A stretch of DNA of 64,000 nt from Raillietiella orientalis. Taxonomy: Eukaryota. The first letter of the stretch is position 1; each line of letters starts with the position of its first letter. Shown piece after piece: positions 1-13,560 of this stretch. The notes under the pieces were generated by a model. That model did not search any database. It saw nothing but the letters and a program-made list of their open reading frames with translations, and had not been told where the DNA came from. The position numbers were made by a program, and so were the translations under genes. The DNA is taken from positions 1,488,001 through 1,552,000 of the forward strand of contig JAYWIR010000035.1 of assembly GCA_036172245.1 (NCBI GenBank). The letters are read 5' to 3'.

Positions 1-599
1 GCCGTTTTATAAGCATCTCAAAAATCAGAAGGAATGAAAAAAGCAGTATTTGTGTTGATTCCTCAGTGGTCATTTGTGAAAGCATCTGAAAATATGTGCC
101 AACATGCAAGTGTGATTGGAGATTGTGTTATTTCACTATTGAGTTGCTAATCCTTCATTTCATTTCATTTTTTCCTTTTAACTTGGATTATTTTCGCGTA
201 CATTATCAAACTTTTTGATTTCCTGGTAGCAATTTTGGTTTCCATGTGCATAATACATATGGCTCTGATGCATGTCTTTTATTGCCCTCCCCAATCAAAA
301 TAAACACTTTTCTTCTTTACTTGAGCATTCATTCTAAAGTGTTGGAACTATGAAACAAAATGGTGATTCCAACACTTTGTTTATCAAGCCCCATAATGCA
401 GAAAACTTTCCAAGGACAAGCAAGAAGAAAACTGTTTCACGGTAGAATTTCAGTATGTTGGAATCCTAGTTATAAATCATGAAAGTCTTGTTTGAAAAGA
501 ATAATCCATTGGTATGCAGCTTTCAGCAGCCTCGAAAGAAAGTAATTTGACTAATTGCAAGAGTTGTGATCTCTTCTATGCCAATTCTCTATTAGATGT

Positions 600-3300
600 A
601 ATGAACCTAATAAAGATTTATTATGCGCATTATTAATGCGCATTCAACAAAAGGTTTTTCATAATACTCAGCTGAGCTGTCTCTCCTGCCTCAAACGCTT
701 CTAAGAAATCAGGGTAGGTCTCTAACATATCAGCATCTCCCATACCTTCAGGGTGACTTGTTGCTCCAGATCAAATACATTGAAATGAATTAGTTTTTCT
801 TCGTCATAAAAGTATCGTAAGTCCATTTGCTTGATTCTTCAAGATTCTGAATTTGTCCCAAATTTGGAGAATAATATTTAAGAATTGTTACTGCTATGAT
901 AAGCTTACCAATGTCAAACAAAGCAGCAGCGAAACTACAGTTTAGTCTCAAACAAAATTAGTTTGAGTTCTTGAAACTACACATATTCCATGTCAGCATA
1001 CCCTATTGCAGCTTTTGCAAAACTGTTGGAGCTGGAAGGTTTCTTGATTAATGCTGAAAACAGCTAATGTAAAGTACTGATCACTGGATAATTCTTTTTG
1101 TTGTAAATGTGCAAACAATAGATAATGTAGTTATTCTTTTCCATCTATTTAAAGCCCCTTCAGCATTTATAAATACAAAGATTTATTACAGAATACATAA
1201 ATATCGATATACATAGGCAAGAATCAGTTGTATCTATGTGTGCTAACCATTCATTTTATCATCGTTGTGTTTGTTAGCAGTGCTCCCTTTTTATCTGCAA
1301 ATGATACTGCTTTTAGGTCATTCAATGCTTGCACTTGTTTGCCCATCATTACACATTCATCAGATTGGGATCTTTCATTTTTAACTCATTGTTAAACTTG
1401 TCTGCATAGCTGGAAAGAAAATAGGATTATGGTGAAGTACCTTGATATCAACAATCCCAATTTCCTTCTACAGAGTGCATGATTCTGACTGATGGAGTTT
1501 ATAGGTATGACTAAGAACAATCCTACTGAAAAGCAGTTCCATGATTCCCTAATTTTCTCTTCAAAACAGCACCAAACTACCTTATATGTTATGAATATTA
1601 TGAGCATTTTCTTTACCATCCAGAGTTCATTCTGCTATTAATTTTCTATCTAATTCACATTTATTTAGTCTTTTTCTAAGTTCCTACTTTTTCCCAGAAA
1701 AAGTCTCAATCAATAACTTACATAATAAGATCTAATCCTTCAGGTAGATTTTTATTGAAATAAAAACCTATAAAATGGCATGAAAACTTATCTGAAGCTG
1801 TTTAAATTCTTTTTAGAGATAACTCTCATGAGCAGAGTGAGCTGTACAAAGAATGTATAGAGACCCACTGATCTGAATTCCAGCATCAGCGGAAGTCACT
1901 CGTCCTTCTTACACTTTGCCAGGGCATGAAATCCTTTTATTTTTCATTACTTGAATGCAAAAAGTCTGTGTTACTGTATGCATTTCAATTTCAAAGCAAC
2001 ACATGCATTTTTATATACATGTTTCTATCCTCTTATGCACAACACTCTTCCTCATATGATACTCTTTTCAGCTGTTAGCCTAGAGTTTCACGATAACTCA
2101 AACACCTCTTGATCTCAGGAGTAACAGTTCTGTTCATTAAACAAATCTATTTACTCAATTCTAAGATAGGATGCGAAAGTCATAATCAACTTCTCTCTAA
2201 CAAAAAATTATATCTTATTCACTTCATAACTGCTGTAAGCACCCTGCCAATCTATTCCACTGGAAAAACAGTTGCACTTGCTGCTGTTTATATTGTTCTG
2301 TTTCCTGGATACGGTCTTGCTGCATGCTTTCTGTTGGACTGATTGCAATATTTATCTGATGTTCTAGATAATGATCATTCCAGCTGAATACATGCTAACC
2401 CTCTACCTTAGAATCATAATTAAATAGCTGACAGCCCTTGGGAAATCATTACCAAACATATCAAGAGCTTCCACGTAATTTTGCTGCCAAATGTTCCAAA
2501 ATAATTAATCTTCCTTGTCAAAATCAAAGTAAATCCTTTACTCATAAATTCACCTGTCTGATTCTTCAGTTCTTTTGTTAGTGATTCCCATGTCATCATG
2601 GATGTAAACCGCTGTTTCAAATTGTAAGTAATTATCACTTGATCAAGAAACCAGAAATGGTTGAAAAATGAATACTGAAAACGATACATTGTCAGACTGC
2701 CTGTATGGGACAGAACTATGGTATTGCATTGCATTATCTTTTATCCTAATGTTTAGAACACTCAAACATCTACATCTTTAGGTGCTGGCAATGGAGCAAA
2801 CAGCATCTCATCTCCATGAATTAAGAGGACATGGAGAGCAAAAGACTCTACGCAGAATGACAATACCATTAGAAAATAGCATCCAATGTTTCATGTGAGT
2901 AAGAATGGATGAAGGAGAGCCTTGATTTATCATGGCAGGATGCAGAAACCATCTCTTGATGATCGTATTTTATTTGATCATCTTTGTTTCGTATCAAGAG
3001 TCAATAAAAATGGCAATAATTAATAAAGTGACTTCAGTGGCCAAGGAAGTTGAGATTCATCCAAGCATTTGCGAGGTCTCAGTTTTTTCATGCTACATTT
3101 AAACACATACTGCTTATGCTTAACATGTGCACACTTGTTGACATACTCGAAACTTCATTTCCATCTCCAACATCATGAGCTTCATGGGTTTCACCTTTTT
3201 AGTGCTTACTTATTTCAGGGTGAATAAACTTTCACGCAATTCCCTCACTACTACTCGAAAGCTACTCCCATTTTTACATACAAAATGCCATGGCAATAAG
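600..3300 (-). mobile_element. Highly degenerate Ty1/copia-like LTR retrotransposon pol remnant
   Basis: Minus-strand fragments fall in copia order: integrase-like 'KELKNQTGEFMSKGF' (ORF 2420-2734, cf. VENQTG..SDNGGEF) upstream of RNaseH-like 'AIGYADMEY' (~985-1010, cf. GYxDADWA). Many stops and frameshifts; no LTRs identified. Confidence 0.35.
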
Positions 3301-4459
3301 CTTGGGAGATGCACGTAACCGCTACATCAGCCAATACCACGAAACTTGTGTTTAGATCAGAAAACCTGGGTGATAAGTAACGTAAGTACAACATAAGTGT
3401 TGAATCGAGGTGAGGAGTTTGCGAGAGACAGCACCGCGATGCAGTACTTCAACGGAGAGCACGCGTGGGTCACGAGCACGACCCGTGCCGAGGAATTGTT
3501 CTTTCAATCAATTTTCATGTTGGGCACAGGAGAGGGACACTGAAAGCGACAGAAGATTGAAGGATCGGGGCTATCCCGTCGAACGGCAAAAAGTGTAGGC
3601 GAAGATATGGAACCGGGGACTGTCAATAGGCACACACTCACGCGAACAGTTATCTGCTTTGTCTAATTAAGATACCACTTCGTCTTACGCTCCTTGATGA
3701 ATGTCAATTACAGCACTTCCTACGAGCCTTTCGCATACCACCGTAATCTCATTTACGCCGCCGGCTCAATGGACACGCAGGAACCACTAACCAGGGTTGC
3801 CACAAGCTCTCTCTTTTGGTTTCAAGGTCACGATTTCAACAGTTAGCACTTCCTCTCGCACCACTTGAAAAACGATCCACACCAGCAATTCGACTTCGTC
3901 CAGACTTTCTCTATTCCGAGACGCCGGATGCGTAGTTTTTTCTGTTGGTCTTAAAGAGATTTGAAGCGATCAGTTTTCTCGATTTGTTTTTTTTCTTTCC
4001 GATCTGTTTAGCATCAAGAGCATGATATGTAGGAACGACTTGACCATTATGAAGGCTGAATCCATTCGATATGGATCCGCGGTCCATGGCAAACTGAAAG
4101 ACGTTATTTCTATTCCACCGCGCTCGTGAGATTGAATCAAAGTAAACATTCATTCTCAGTCAATGAATGGAATCGTAGTTGTAGAAGGTGGAATGATGAT
4201 TCATCAGAGTATCCCTATTCGAGCCAACTTGTTTTGGCACCTGTAAAAATCAAGAATGACAACAACGAAACTGAGCAAGACAATCGTAACAAGACATTGC
4301 AATCTTGTTTCCAGAAGTTTCGGTCCTAGTGTTCTTAAACGATCACATCAAGGGTGAAGTCCTAAAAAGTTCATCATCAGTAAAAGGAATGCAGAAATGA
4401 AAGTAGCAGGAAACAAATCAGGATGTGTGCACCGAAGATGATTTCACAGATCAGCACTT

Positions 4460-6400
4460 TTCCCCAGGTCGACATACGGTGGGGTGAATTTATTTTCTAC
4501 TCTCATTCATACAAGTGTTGGTCAATGTCACTGTTTTTCACTTCTAGGTTGGTCTGCGGACATCCAGTCACTGAATTTGTGTGGGGGAATTCACTCACTT
4601 GACAACGTTCCTGAATGCTTTACAGGATATAACAGTACGTCCAAGTGGGAATACGTCCACAGCTCCTTATCCCAATTTCCCTTTTCACTAATCCTTTGAG
4701 GATTTCCACAGCTGGCATACTGTTTATTCCGATCCTCATTTTTGCCCTTCTCATCACGATGCTCGTGATACAGAAGGAGATGGTGACGCGGACGTATAGG
4801 GAAACGTATCCGTTCTCTTCAAACATCCCTGCCAACATCCGCTGCAGGCCTGTCACCTCCTTCAGCTTGGTCGACTCACGGCGGAGCGTCGGCCAGGTGA
4901 GTACGTGGAGTTGGGTATCCCTGGATCCACAGGCCTTGCACATCTCGTCCTGCGCGTTGCCTGACCGGTGCCTACTCTTCAGTGCCGGACCAGTGCCGCT
5001 CAGGATGCCTCCGTCACAAAACATTAGGAGCTCATCCTGAGTATCGGGTGGTAAAACGATCCACCAGACAGTGGTTCCAACCGTCAGCAAATTCGACTGG
5101 AGGCATCCGTATCGGAATGGATTCCAGAATGGAAGCGTTTTGTTTTGTGAGTGGCATTCAGCACACACGAGACTTGCCCAAATTGAAGAGGCGGAGGACA
5201 CAGGACTTCGTCTTCATCATCTCGATGAATTCTGAGCCCTTCCTGATGTTCACAACATTGCTATGCAGTTAAATAGAGCAAAAATTTCATTATATTATAA
5301 ATTACTCTCCGTTGGGATTTGCTTCAAAGTGTATTGAGTCTGTGGAAGTGCAGTGACTGGAAAAGAGTGAATTTAAAGGAGAGTGTCGATTTCCCAGTGC
5401 CCTTTTCACGAAAATAAGCAAATGCTTTCCGATATTTAATCATTACATTGATTTTCTCAGAAGGCTTCAATTCGCTGCCAATTTCTCTATGAGCTGCTGG
5501 AAGAGCAACGAAAGTCACGGAAGTTCTTTTGGACCCACGGTACTTTGCAGACTTCACGTTAGTTGAGTTCCAATGTGCCGCTCAGTGAAAAATGCTTTTC
5601 TTACCGAATTTGGAAACGAATGACTGTTTTCAACACAAACCTTTTCCTTTAGCAGTTTTCAAAACTTGCAACGTGATCCTCCTCGTTTCCAATAAATTCG
5701 TCATTCACCCATCAACCTGGTCTCGGTGGTAAGAGAATCGTGCGAAGCACCCTCTCGCTTTCTACAACCTCCCCTATTTTGCTTCAGTTTCTGCTATGCG
5801 GGTGAGGCAATCGGGACGCTTCGATTGAGCTTCTCGAAGGCTCACGAGTGGCCAGCATTCCAGTGGAAGTCTTTGGAATTCCGATCCGTGAGCCGACATT
5901 GATCTTCCACAAAAGCTTTACTTTATGGCAGTTCCCTGTTTCGAAAACTTTGTTCAATTGGGAACGCGATCCGTTTTCGCAAGGTGCATCGTCTGGTGTT
6001 CCCATCTTCGAAGATGCGCAGACGGGTGCAAGCACTTTTCCGCAAGATGCGGCATCTGCAGGTTTACACAAATATTTATGAAATTTGGCAACTGGGAACC
6101 TCCCATTTCCTGCAAGCAGCTTCTTGATTGAGCCCAGCAGCCGGACGAAAAGCAGTTTCCTGTACAGGCACGGGTTTTGTTCTGTAGAAAGAGTACTGTT
6201 TGGAACTCAAGAAAACATGGAAGGTTCGCAGGTACGTGTTTTCCTGGATGGTGATGCTCTTGGAATCTTTCGACCGGAGCTTCCGAAGTACGCACAAACT
6301 GATAGTGGCAGAAGGACAAATCCCACAGATGAAGATGTTAAGCACTCAGTTGAGGTGCTCATCCTTCCGGGGAAGGTTTTGCACTTCGGTAGGCCGAGTT
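4460..6400 (-). mobile_element. L1/Tx1-like non-LTR retrotransposon, 3' portion (post-RT region, C-terminal zinc finger, 3' UTR), degenerate
   Basis: ORF 4620-5201 contains 'CKACGSRDTQLHVLTWP', resembling the ORF2 C-terminal CCHC finger. 5866-6365 is a diverged copy of 7887-8395. AATAAA (4489-4494, minus) and a CCCCA/TGGGG stem mark the 3' end. Confidence 0.65.
5866..6365. repeat. Diverged direct repeat, copy 1 (copy 2 at 7887-8395)
   Basis: Shared blocks include gaagtctttggaatt, an identical 28-mer atccgtgagccgacattgatcttccaca (5884 and 7905), gggaacgcgatccg and gttaagcactc, at an offset of ~2.02-2.03 kb. Confidence 0.9.
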
Positions 6401-6522
6401 TTTTCCACAGTGCGTGTCTTTTTCTTGTAAAAGAAAATGTGGAATTGGATCTGGAATACAGTGTTAATATCCATTAGCAGTATTGCGATTACAGTTGTTA
6501 AAATTCAAGTGTACGTGGCAGG

Positions 6523-7885
6523 GTGTCTTCTGAAGATGTTGCGTCTTTCTTAAAACAGCAACATAAGGAAAAAATTGTAGATGAAATTCATTGGGAATTC
6601 ATGGAAATCAGTGGAAAATTCCAAACTGTTTACCACCGAGGGACAGACGTACACCATGGGTGTGGCGATCTCAGTCAGGAACGAGCCCGTTCACAACATC
6701 CTGGAAACCTTCCGCCCCGTTCCTGGAAGAATTATCGCCGTACGGTTGTCCTGGTCCGCGAACGTGAACGTGTCCCTCGAGGACGCTTACAAGGAACCCA
6801 CCAACACAACCAACGCTGCGAGGAGACACTACATGAAGCCCTCCGACAGAAGTTCGCACCGAAGGACACCGTAAGCATCGTGGGGGATTTCAACATCCCG
6901 GATTTAATTATCTATTCCCGGGACGCCAGAGTCACGGAGGCGTATCGGCGGCTGTTCGACGACTTCGGACTGCTGCTGTGGCAAACAGCCAGCCACAGGG
7001 CGATCGACCAGGTCCTCTACAGCCCCGACATAGGGAACCGCATCCTCGGGTTTCGTTACACGCCCCAACCCTGTGTCCGACCACCCGAAGATGAGAAAGT
7101 CTCGTCGAAAAAAGCTATCCAGGGAGGCGCTCATCAGCATGCACACCTGGTTCGCAACGCTTCCCTAACACCATCAGCTTATGGAGGCCATTCTTCCCAG
7201 GACCATCATCAGCTGATTCGCATACTGGGATAGCTTGAAACAGCGAGTCCACCTCTTCTGCAGCATGCAGTTCGCTAACGAGAGATTGAGGCAGGAAGCG
7301 TACCGGGAGATGAACATCTGGGATCGCTCCCTCCCGAAGTACTGGCATCAGGACGAGAGTCGGTACGTCTTCCAAAACATCAAGAGACAAGTCGGCGTGC
7401 TGGAGAAGAAGAATCTGGCAACAGATACTTTCTGTATCCGGCCCGAAGTTCGAGCCAAGCACACGTCGGAGGATATCACGAAAGTATTCCAAATTCACTA
7501 CGTGGAGCACTTCCGACGCACACATCTGGGCAAGTCCTACCAAAATAGTTTTCTAAAACTCGAATATCCCGATCCTTCTACGAGGGAAGGATGAGATTGC
7601 TGCCAAAAAAAGGTGACCTAACGCAGATCATCCAATGGAAGCCAATCTCGATCCTCAACTCGGATGCCACGTGGTTTGCGAAGATCTGTGCCAACCGCTT
7701 AAGGAAGATCATGCCGAAGATCAACTTTCCGGTGCACACATGTGCGGTGCCGGAACGCCACATGTCGGACAACGTCAAGTGTGCCCAAGCTACGTTTGGA
7801 CTCAGCCGACATATCGGCGAGAACTTGGTACTGCGCTTCAGTGACACGGAGAAGGCTTTCGATACGGTGGACCACGGGATGCCGC
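6523..7885 (+). mobile_element. L1/Tx1-like ORF2 fragment (APE endonuclease to RT domain ~3), inverted relative to its neighbours
   Basis: APE motifs 'GVAISV..FRPVPGRII', 'SIVGDFNIP' and 'IDQVLYS' are followed by RT motifs 'WKPISILNSD..FAKICANRL..MSDNV..DTEKAFDTVDH' (7591-7880). Frameshifted. Confidence 0.85.
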
Positions 7886-10800
7886 TGAAGTCTTTGGAAT
7901 TGCAATCCGTGAGCCGACATTGATCTTCCACATGAGCTTTACTTGAGGGTAGTGTCCTGCCTTGAAAACTTTGTTCTATTGGGAACGCGATCCGCTTTCG
8001 CAAGGTGCATCCTCTGGTGTCGCCATCTTCGAAGATGAGCATAAATCTCCAAACGCTATTGCCAAAGATGCAGCTTCTGCAAGTTTTCATGAATATTTTT
8101 GAAATTTGGCAAATGAGAACGTCACGTTTTCAGCGAGCAGCCACGGTTTCTCCCTGATTGCGACCAGCAGATGGGCTGAAAGCAGATTCCTGTAACAGGT
8201 GCGGGAATTGTTTCGTACAGATACCACTTCCTGTAACTTAAGAAAAGATGGAACTTTCGCAGGTACGTGCATATCCACATGAGGGTGCATTGGGAGTGTT
8301 TGGACGAAAACATCCGAAGTGCCCACAAAATGACAGTGGTTGACGGACAAATGCCACATATAAAGACGTTAAGCACTCTGTTGAGCTGTTCATCAAGTGA
8401 GTGTCTGTTTAGGTCTACATGTGACGGAATGGGCCCCACCAAAGCCGGCAAAGTGTCCATGGGGAGGTTCAGCGATGTCTGTGCAGAGCGACGGCTAGGG
8501 AAGGGTGGATGCCGTCGCGTTTCTCTTGTATTGCTTGTGGAAAGGTGCTATTGCGGCGAATGCAGTTTCTCTGCCTCGTGGGAGCTTGTGGTGAAATGTG
8601 GCAGCTGCCAGCCCACATTCAACAGCAGAGTCTCTTGCATGAACTAGCCATCGCGGGACGGAAGGTTCTACGCGAATTCTGCTGAAGGATGAATCCTTTC
8701 CCCGTGAGGGCGGAGAGATCCAGAATTCCGACGGTCGACAGTTGGTCTTTTTGTGCGTTGATTTTGAAGCCCAGACCGTTGCCCATGAACTGCAACACAT
8801 GCAGAATCTCTTGCTGATTCCTCTTTCCTTTCAGGAAGAGGAAAATTCGGGCCGAAAATGCTAGATGGGTGAGTCTCTGGCTATCGACGTCGGCTCCTCG
8901 GAGGTGACCTATGAAAGAGGAGAGCGCTTCCAGCATAGGACTCGGAGCGGTTTTCTTGTAGGACTCCCCGTTTCTTCCATATGGCTGCTGTATCCGCGCC
9001 GTTGGCCTTGATCTCGAAGTGTTGCTCTCGGGGTAGCATCGTCACGATGGTGCCGAGCGCCGCATTTTTCCCGACAACTTCAGCAGCATCTCGTGAGGGA
9101 CGGTGGCGAATGCCTACTTCCTGCCAGTGTAGCCCAGCACCAGGTTTCCATCGATTTGACGGCTGTAGTCCGCGACTGCCTCAGCACGCTTGACATTGTC
9201 CGACATGCGGCGTCCGACCGGAGAAGCGAACGTTGGCATGGTCGCACTCAGAAGGCTGGTATGGATCTGGAACCACCACCTGGCATCTGAGTTGAACATG
9301 GAGAATGGAGTCCATCGGGGAACCTTGCTCGGCCCTCACTCCTTTTGGCAACAGGCTCATCGTGCTCCCGTAGAAGCAGCAGGGTAGTCGTCCTTGTTCA
9401 CGTTGACAGAGTGTCAGCTGGAGGAAAGGTCGCAGGTTCCGCTGGCAGTGGATGATGTGGCTGCAGTCCCCGACAGTGTGCCCATTCTCGTTGTGTTGCA
9501 CGAAAGCGGCATTCACTTCCTCCGCGGATATTACACAGTTCTTCAATTGGCGTTCTTCAATTCTTTGATTCCGATCCCGCAAGAGAACTTCATGTCGGCA
9601 CAAACACACTTGCTGTCTCGAAAGGTGCTCGGTGAAATAGCTTGGCTACGAATCCACCATCTGCTGCGACGACTTTGTCCGACTTTGGCCGTCGCGCAAG
9701 ACGCTCAGGCTGTTTGCAGCCAGATACTTCCTTTCCAGCTTGCTAACTCCTTCTTTTCCATTCGAGGTGACGTACCGACTCCAATGCTGTTGCTAACATT
9801 AGGAGAGGAAGGCATCTCCGTTGTTTTGCCTGGCGTACGCTTTCTTCCTCATCCTCTCGTCCTTGCGCTTCAACAGGTGGAGTCGATGGTTCAGAATGTC
9901 CTTTCCCGGTACTGTTCAAACGGTGGAGCTTTGCAGAATGGCCTCGATGACGGCCTCGAGACAGGGGAGCGTCCCGTACCAGGCGGGCATGCGGATGAGC
10001 GTATCCCTGTTGCTTTTCTTTCGCCGAGAACTTTCCGTCTTCAGGGACAATCGCACCAGTGCATCATCCGACAGAAGATTCTGCATGTCGCGAAATCCCA
10101 TCATGCGATTCCCCACTTGGAAGCTGTAAAGCTCGGCATGCGGTCCATGACGATCCGAATTTCTCTTGATATCTTTCGCCGATATTCTCATCATGGTTCG
10201 GCGTACTGCAAGCCGGTGATCTCGCCCCGGATGTCGACGTCTCCCACGACGAGGACGATGCCCTTCGGCGACACATGTTGACACAGCATCGCCTCGCGCA
10301 CTGATGTTTTCGCTTGTGAGGTTAATACACGTTCACCGTCGACAGGTCAACCTAGGCGGACATGCGCATGGCGGCTACATCCGCGAGGCAGGCGGCAGAA
10401 TGATTCGAGAATGGTGCGGACCACGTCGCTCTTCACGAGCATCGCCACACCCTGGGACTCCCTCTGTTCCGTGCAGGTGAACAGTTGGGCGTACGTTCGT
10501 AATTTCATGTCGAGGCCTATCCGGTGAATCATATCGTCGGTCTCCAGAGGGAACACTGCGTCTTGGAGTGTCATGGTCCGAACGATCCTTTTCCTTTCTG
10601 CTTCGTTCTTTGGTCCCTACACGTCACAATAAGCGATGTGGATCCTCTCGGCGGTGGACAAGAGCAACTCCATAAACTTCTGGTTTCCGTGGTTGCGTTT
10701 CCGTCTCGAAAACCTTTGCGGCCTCTAGGCAGGAGCTTCCGCTTCACTTCCGACGTCACTCTCGCACTCTTTCAGGTGTGCGAATTCGGTATCATGGTTT

Positions 10801-11850
10801 CGTAGTTCCGCCTTGGAGATTGCTTCACGTGAGAGTGCTTCGAGAGTCACCCCCCATGCACAGAATTCGCACTCGACGTCCAACAGTTGGCTGCCCAGCT
10901 TTTCACGTCCGAAGTCTTCCACCCTGTTTTAGTTAACGTCCTCCGAGGATCACAGATGACTCGTGCAATTTGTTGCTGCTCCCGGTTGCTTCCTTGCTCC
11001 AAGCAAAGGATTTCAAGTAGATTGGCCGCTTCCTCGGCGATCTGCAGGAATTCCTGTGTGTCCTGGTTGGGCTGCGCTACTTCCGTCTGTTCTCGCTCGC
11101 GTCTGTCTCCTGGTCCATCCGAGGATTGCTACTCTTGCAGGCGATTCGTTCTGTTGCCTTCTGCAATTCTTGCCTCTTGAAAGTCGTCATCCGTGACTAG
11201 TGCAGCCTTCGACGCGAGCCTGACCACTACAGTTGTTTTCCTGCCTGTTTGCCTTACCGAAGTAAGAACTCTCCTTTCTCTTCGATTTCCTTATTATTTG
11301 CAAGTACACCTGGCGCGTCCGTGGTCCTGGAAGAACTCGCAAGGCTCCGGTGCATTGGACGACCTGGATTGCCGCATAGTTAGCACCGAGGTCAGGGAAA
11401 CGCATCCTATCGATGACCTCATGTTTCCCTTCCGGCTTAAAGATATCGGCTGTTGTCGACTTTTCACTGGAACGTGCATAGCTGTGAACTTCTCTCGGGA
11501 TTGTCGGCTCATCCTTCCATCGTATGTTCGCATCTCCTCCCCTGGTGAAGGGTTTGCCCATGAGGTTTCGGGATTCCACATGCATCACTTCTCCGAATTG
11601 GAACAGGAATTGCCACACCGCTGGTTTGGTGGCACCGATGCTGATTCCGGCGTTCGACACCATCGAGGTGGACCTCACGCTGCTTTCGCGGACCACACCT
11701 CCATTGACTTTCACGCCCCATTGAAAATAGGCATCTATTTTTGGTGAACAGTGAGCTCCTCGCTTGCAAATAACGGATTCCAGGCAAGTTCCGAAACGAT
11801 TACAAGAAACCCACGTTGAGGTGAAAAACGGGAACATCTCTTGCATTGTC
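7886..11850 (-). mobile_element. L1/Tx1-like non-LTR retrotransposon (ORF1 + ORF2 EN/RT), degenerate and 3' truncated
   Basis: In order along the minus strand: ORF1-like 11187-11846 with a decayed knuckle 'CEFFQDHGRARC'; EN 'SQGVAMLVKS' (10347-10574); RT 'NSDARW..GRRMSDNV' (9114-9299), 'LEALSSFI..LTHLAFS' and 'GLGFKINAQK' (8495-8936). Homologous to the plus-strand piece at 6523-7885. Confidence 0.8.
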
Positions 11851-13560
11851 CTATCAGAGGCATGCAGTTACTTAGACAAACCATTCGAAGTTGGGGTATT
11901 TCAACGTCGTCCGTCCCAGAAGGACTTTTTCCGGAATGCGAGTGCCATCCCAGAAGGTGGGCTTCCACAGAACTGACAAGAAGAACGAATTTCTGCAAGC
12001 AGCGTACGTTCCGCGTTCTGAATACATCGTTTCTCTCAAACAACACATGTGCGAAAGATACGCGTTAACGGAAGGAATGCTCAAATTCACATTCGAATCG
12101 TGCCAGCCGTGAAAAGCAGTCGAGAAACCGTATTTTTCTTTTTTCGTGTTCTCACTTTTTCCACTTGGCAGGTAAGACTCGCGTGCCTGAGATTCAAGGG
12201 AACAGCTGCTGTGTGTTTCTGTCCATCATTCTTGCAATCTATCCCGAAAGAACACCATTGCATGCGTGCAACCGTGATTTCCCTTTTTGTTGCATGCACC
12301 TGTTGCTACCTGCTCTCCCGCCAGTTTCCAGGGTAGTTCCGGTTTTCGCGCCTCTCCTTTACGACACCACATATTAGCACATTTGACGTGATCATACCTT
12401 GGAGACATCCCTTCATGTGGGAAACTTCCCTGCATGCGGCTCCAGTACTCTCAAGATCATTGTTCCCAAAGAGGAGAAAGTGCTGATGCTGGGATGGAGA
12501 AGCCTAGGATTTCACAGAGAGAGCACAATGGAGGAGGGTTGCGAACTCGAGATGGCCATTCGTTTGCATGAAACGAACAACTGATGCAGTTTGCTTAGCA
12601 AAAAACTGAAGCAGTGTCGTGTTATAGGGAATTCCGAATGAATGGATCGTGAAAGACTACGTGTGGATGGAGGCAGATGGTCGACCTACTCATCCATCTT
12701 TGCAAATACAGATCGTCACTTCAGTCCGCCCTGGTTAGCATTACGCAGTTCCGCTTCTCCGAGGCCATGCACGATGCACAGAGTCCGCATGGGCAACCTC
12801 AAGAAAAAGTCCAGGAAAAACACGGAAAGAGCTTCCGAGAAAGATACCTTCCACAATGCGCTTGCCAGATGAAAACAACCGATATTCCCAAGCAGCCAAT
12901 TTTCCGAGGAGTCACAGCCAGTTGTGAATCGGTTCACAAGGGTTGACGCCAATTTGCGACTCTACCAATTCCCGGCCAGTTATTCCGCGAGTGCATGCAA
13001 CGACTGCCGTGCACAACCCTTTCTTCCAATGCATCAGAAGCACACACTTTCACTAGAAAACAGAAGTCCTCTTCTCAGGAAGTCCCCATTCTGGGTTGAG
13101 TGGCTTCCCGGACAGTCGTACTCGGCAGAAAGTAGGATTTCTGTTGCGACTGGAATTGCCATTCTCCGATACACGGATTCCGTTTGCACGCACACGCAGT
13201 GTACAGATCGCTTGGGATCGTTCATGTCGAAGCCAAGTGGGAAATCCTACATTCGTTCTCACGTGCCCACATGGCTTCTCCTAGCCAAACATGGCGCGAC
13301 CTTTACAAACTGACTTCGTCTTCCGTTTGCAAGCACAGCACCCTCTGCAACTGCCGAAAAGATGGGTGCCAGTAAGAAAGCTGACTTTGTCCTTGTTTGG
13401 CTCGGGAGACTAAACATTGCTTCCGTCATCCATGCGCCACGCACACATGAACGAATGCAGCGGTTGCATCCGCCTTTCCCAGACAAACAATTCAGGGATA
13501 GGAAATGCACACGTTTTCATTCAGTTTCCCGATTGCCGCGTACGGAACGCTCGGCGTCGC

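Noticed and set aside
3791..3803. CAGGGTTGCCA, resembling a DNA-transposon TIR
   Set aside because: No convincing inverted partner or TSD was found nearby.
9394..10281. 295-aa plus-strand ORF
   Set aside because: It is the antisense shadow of the minus-strand LINE ORF2, has a non-ATG start and no recognisable motif.
12600..13450. Possible additional APE endonuclease remnant (minus-strand 'GDF')
   Set aside because: Only one short motif, too weak to call.
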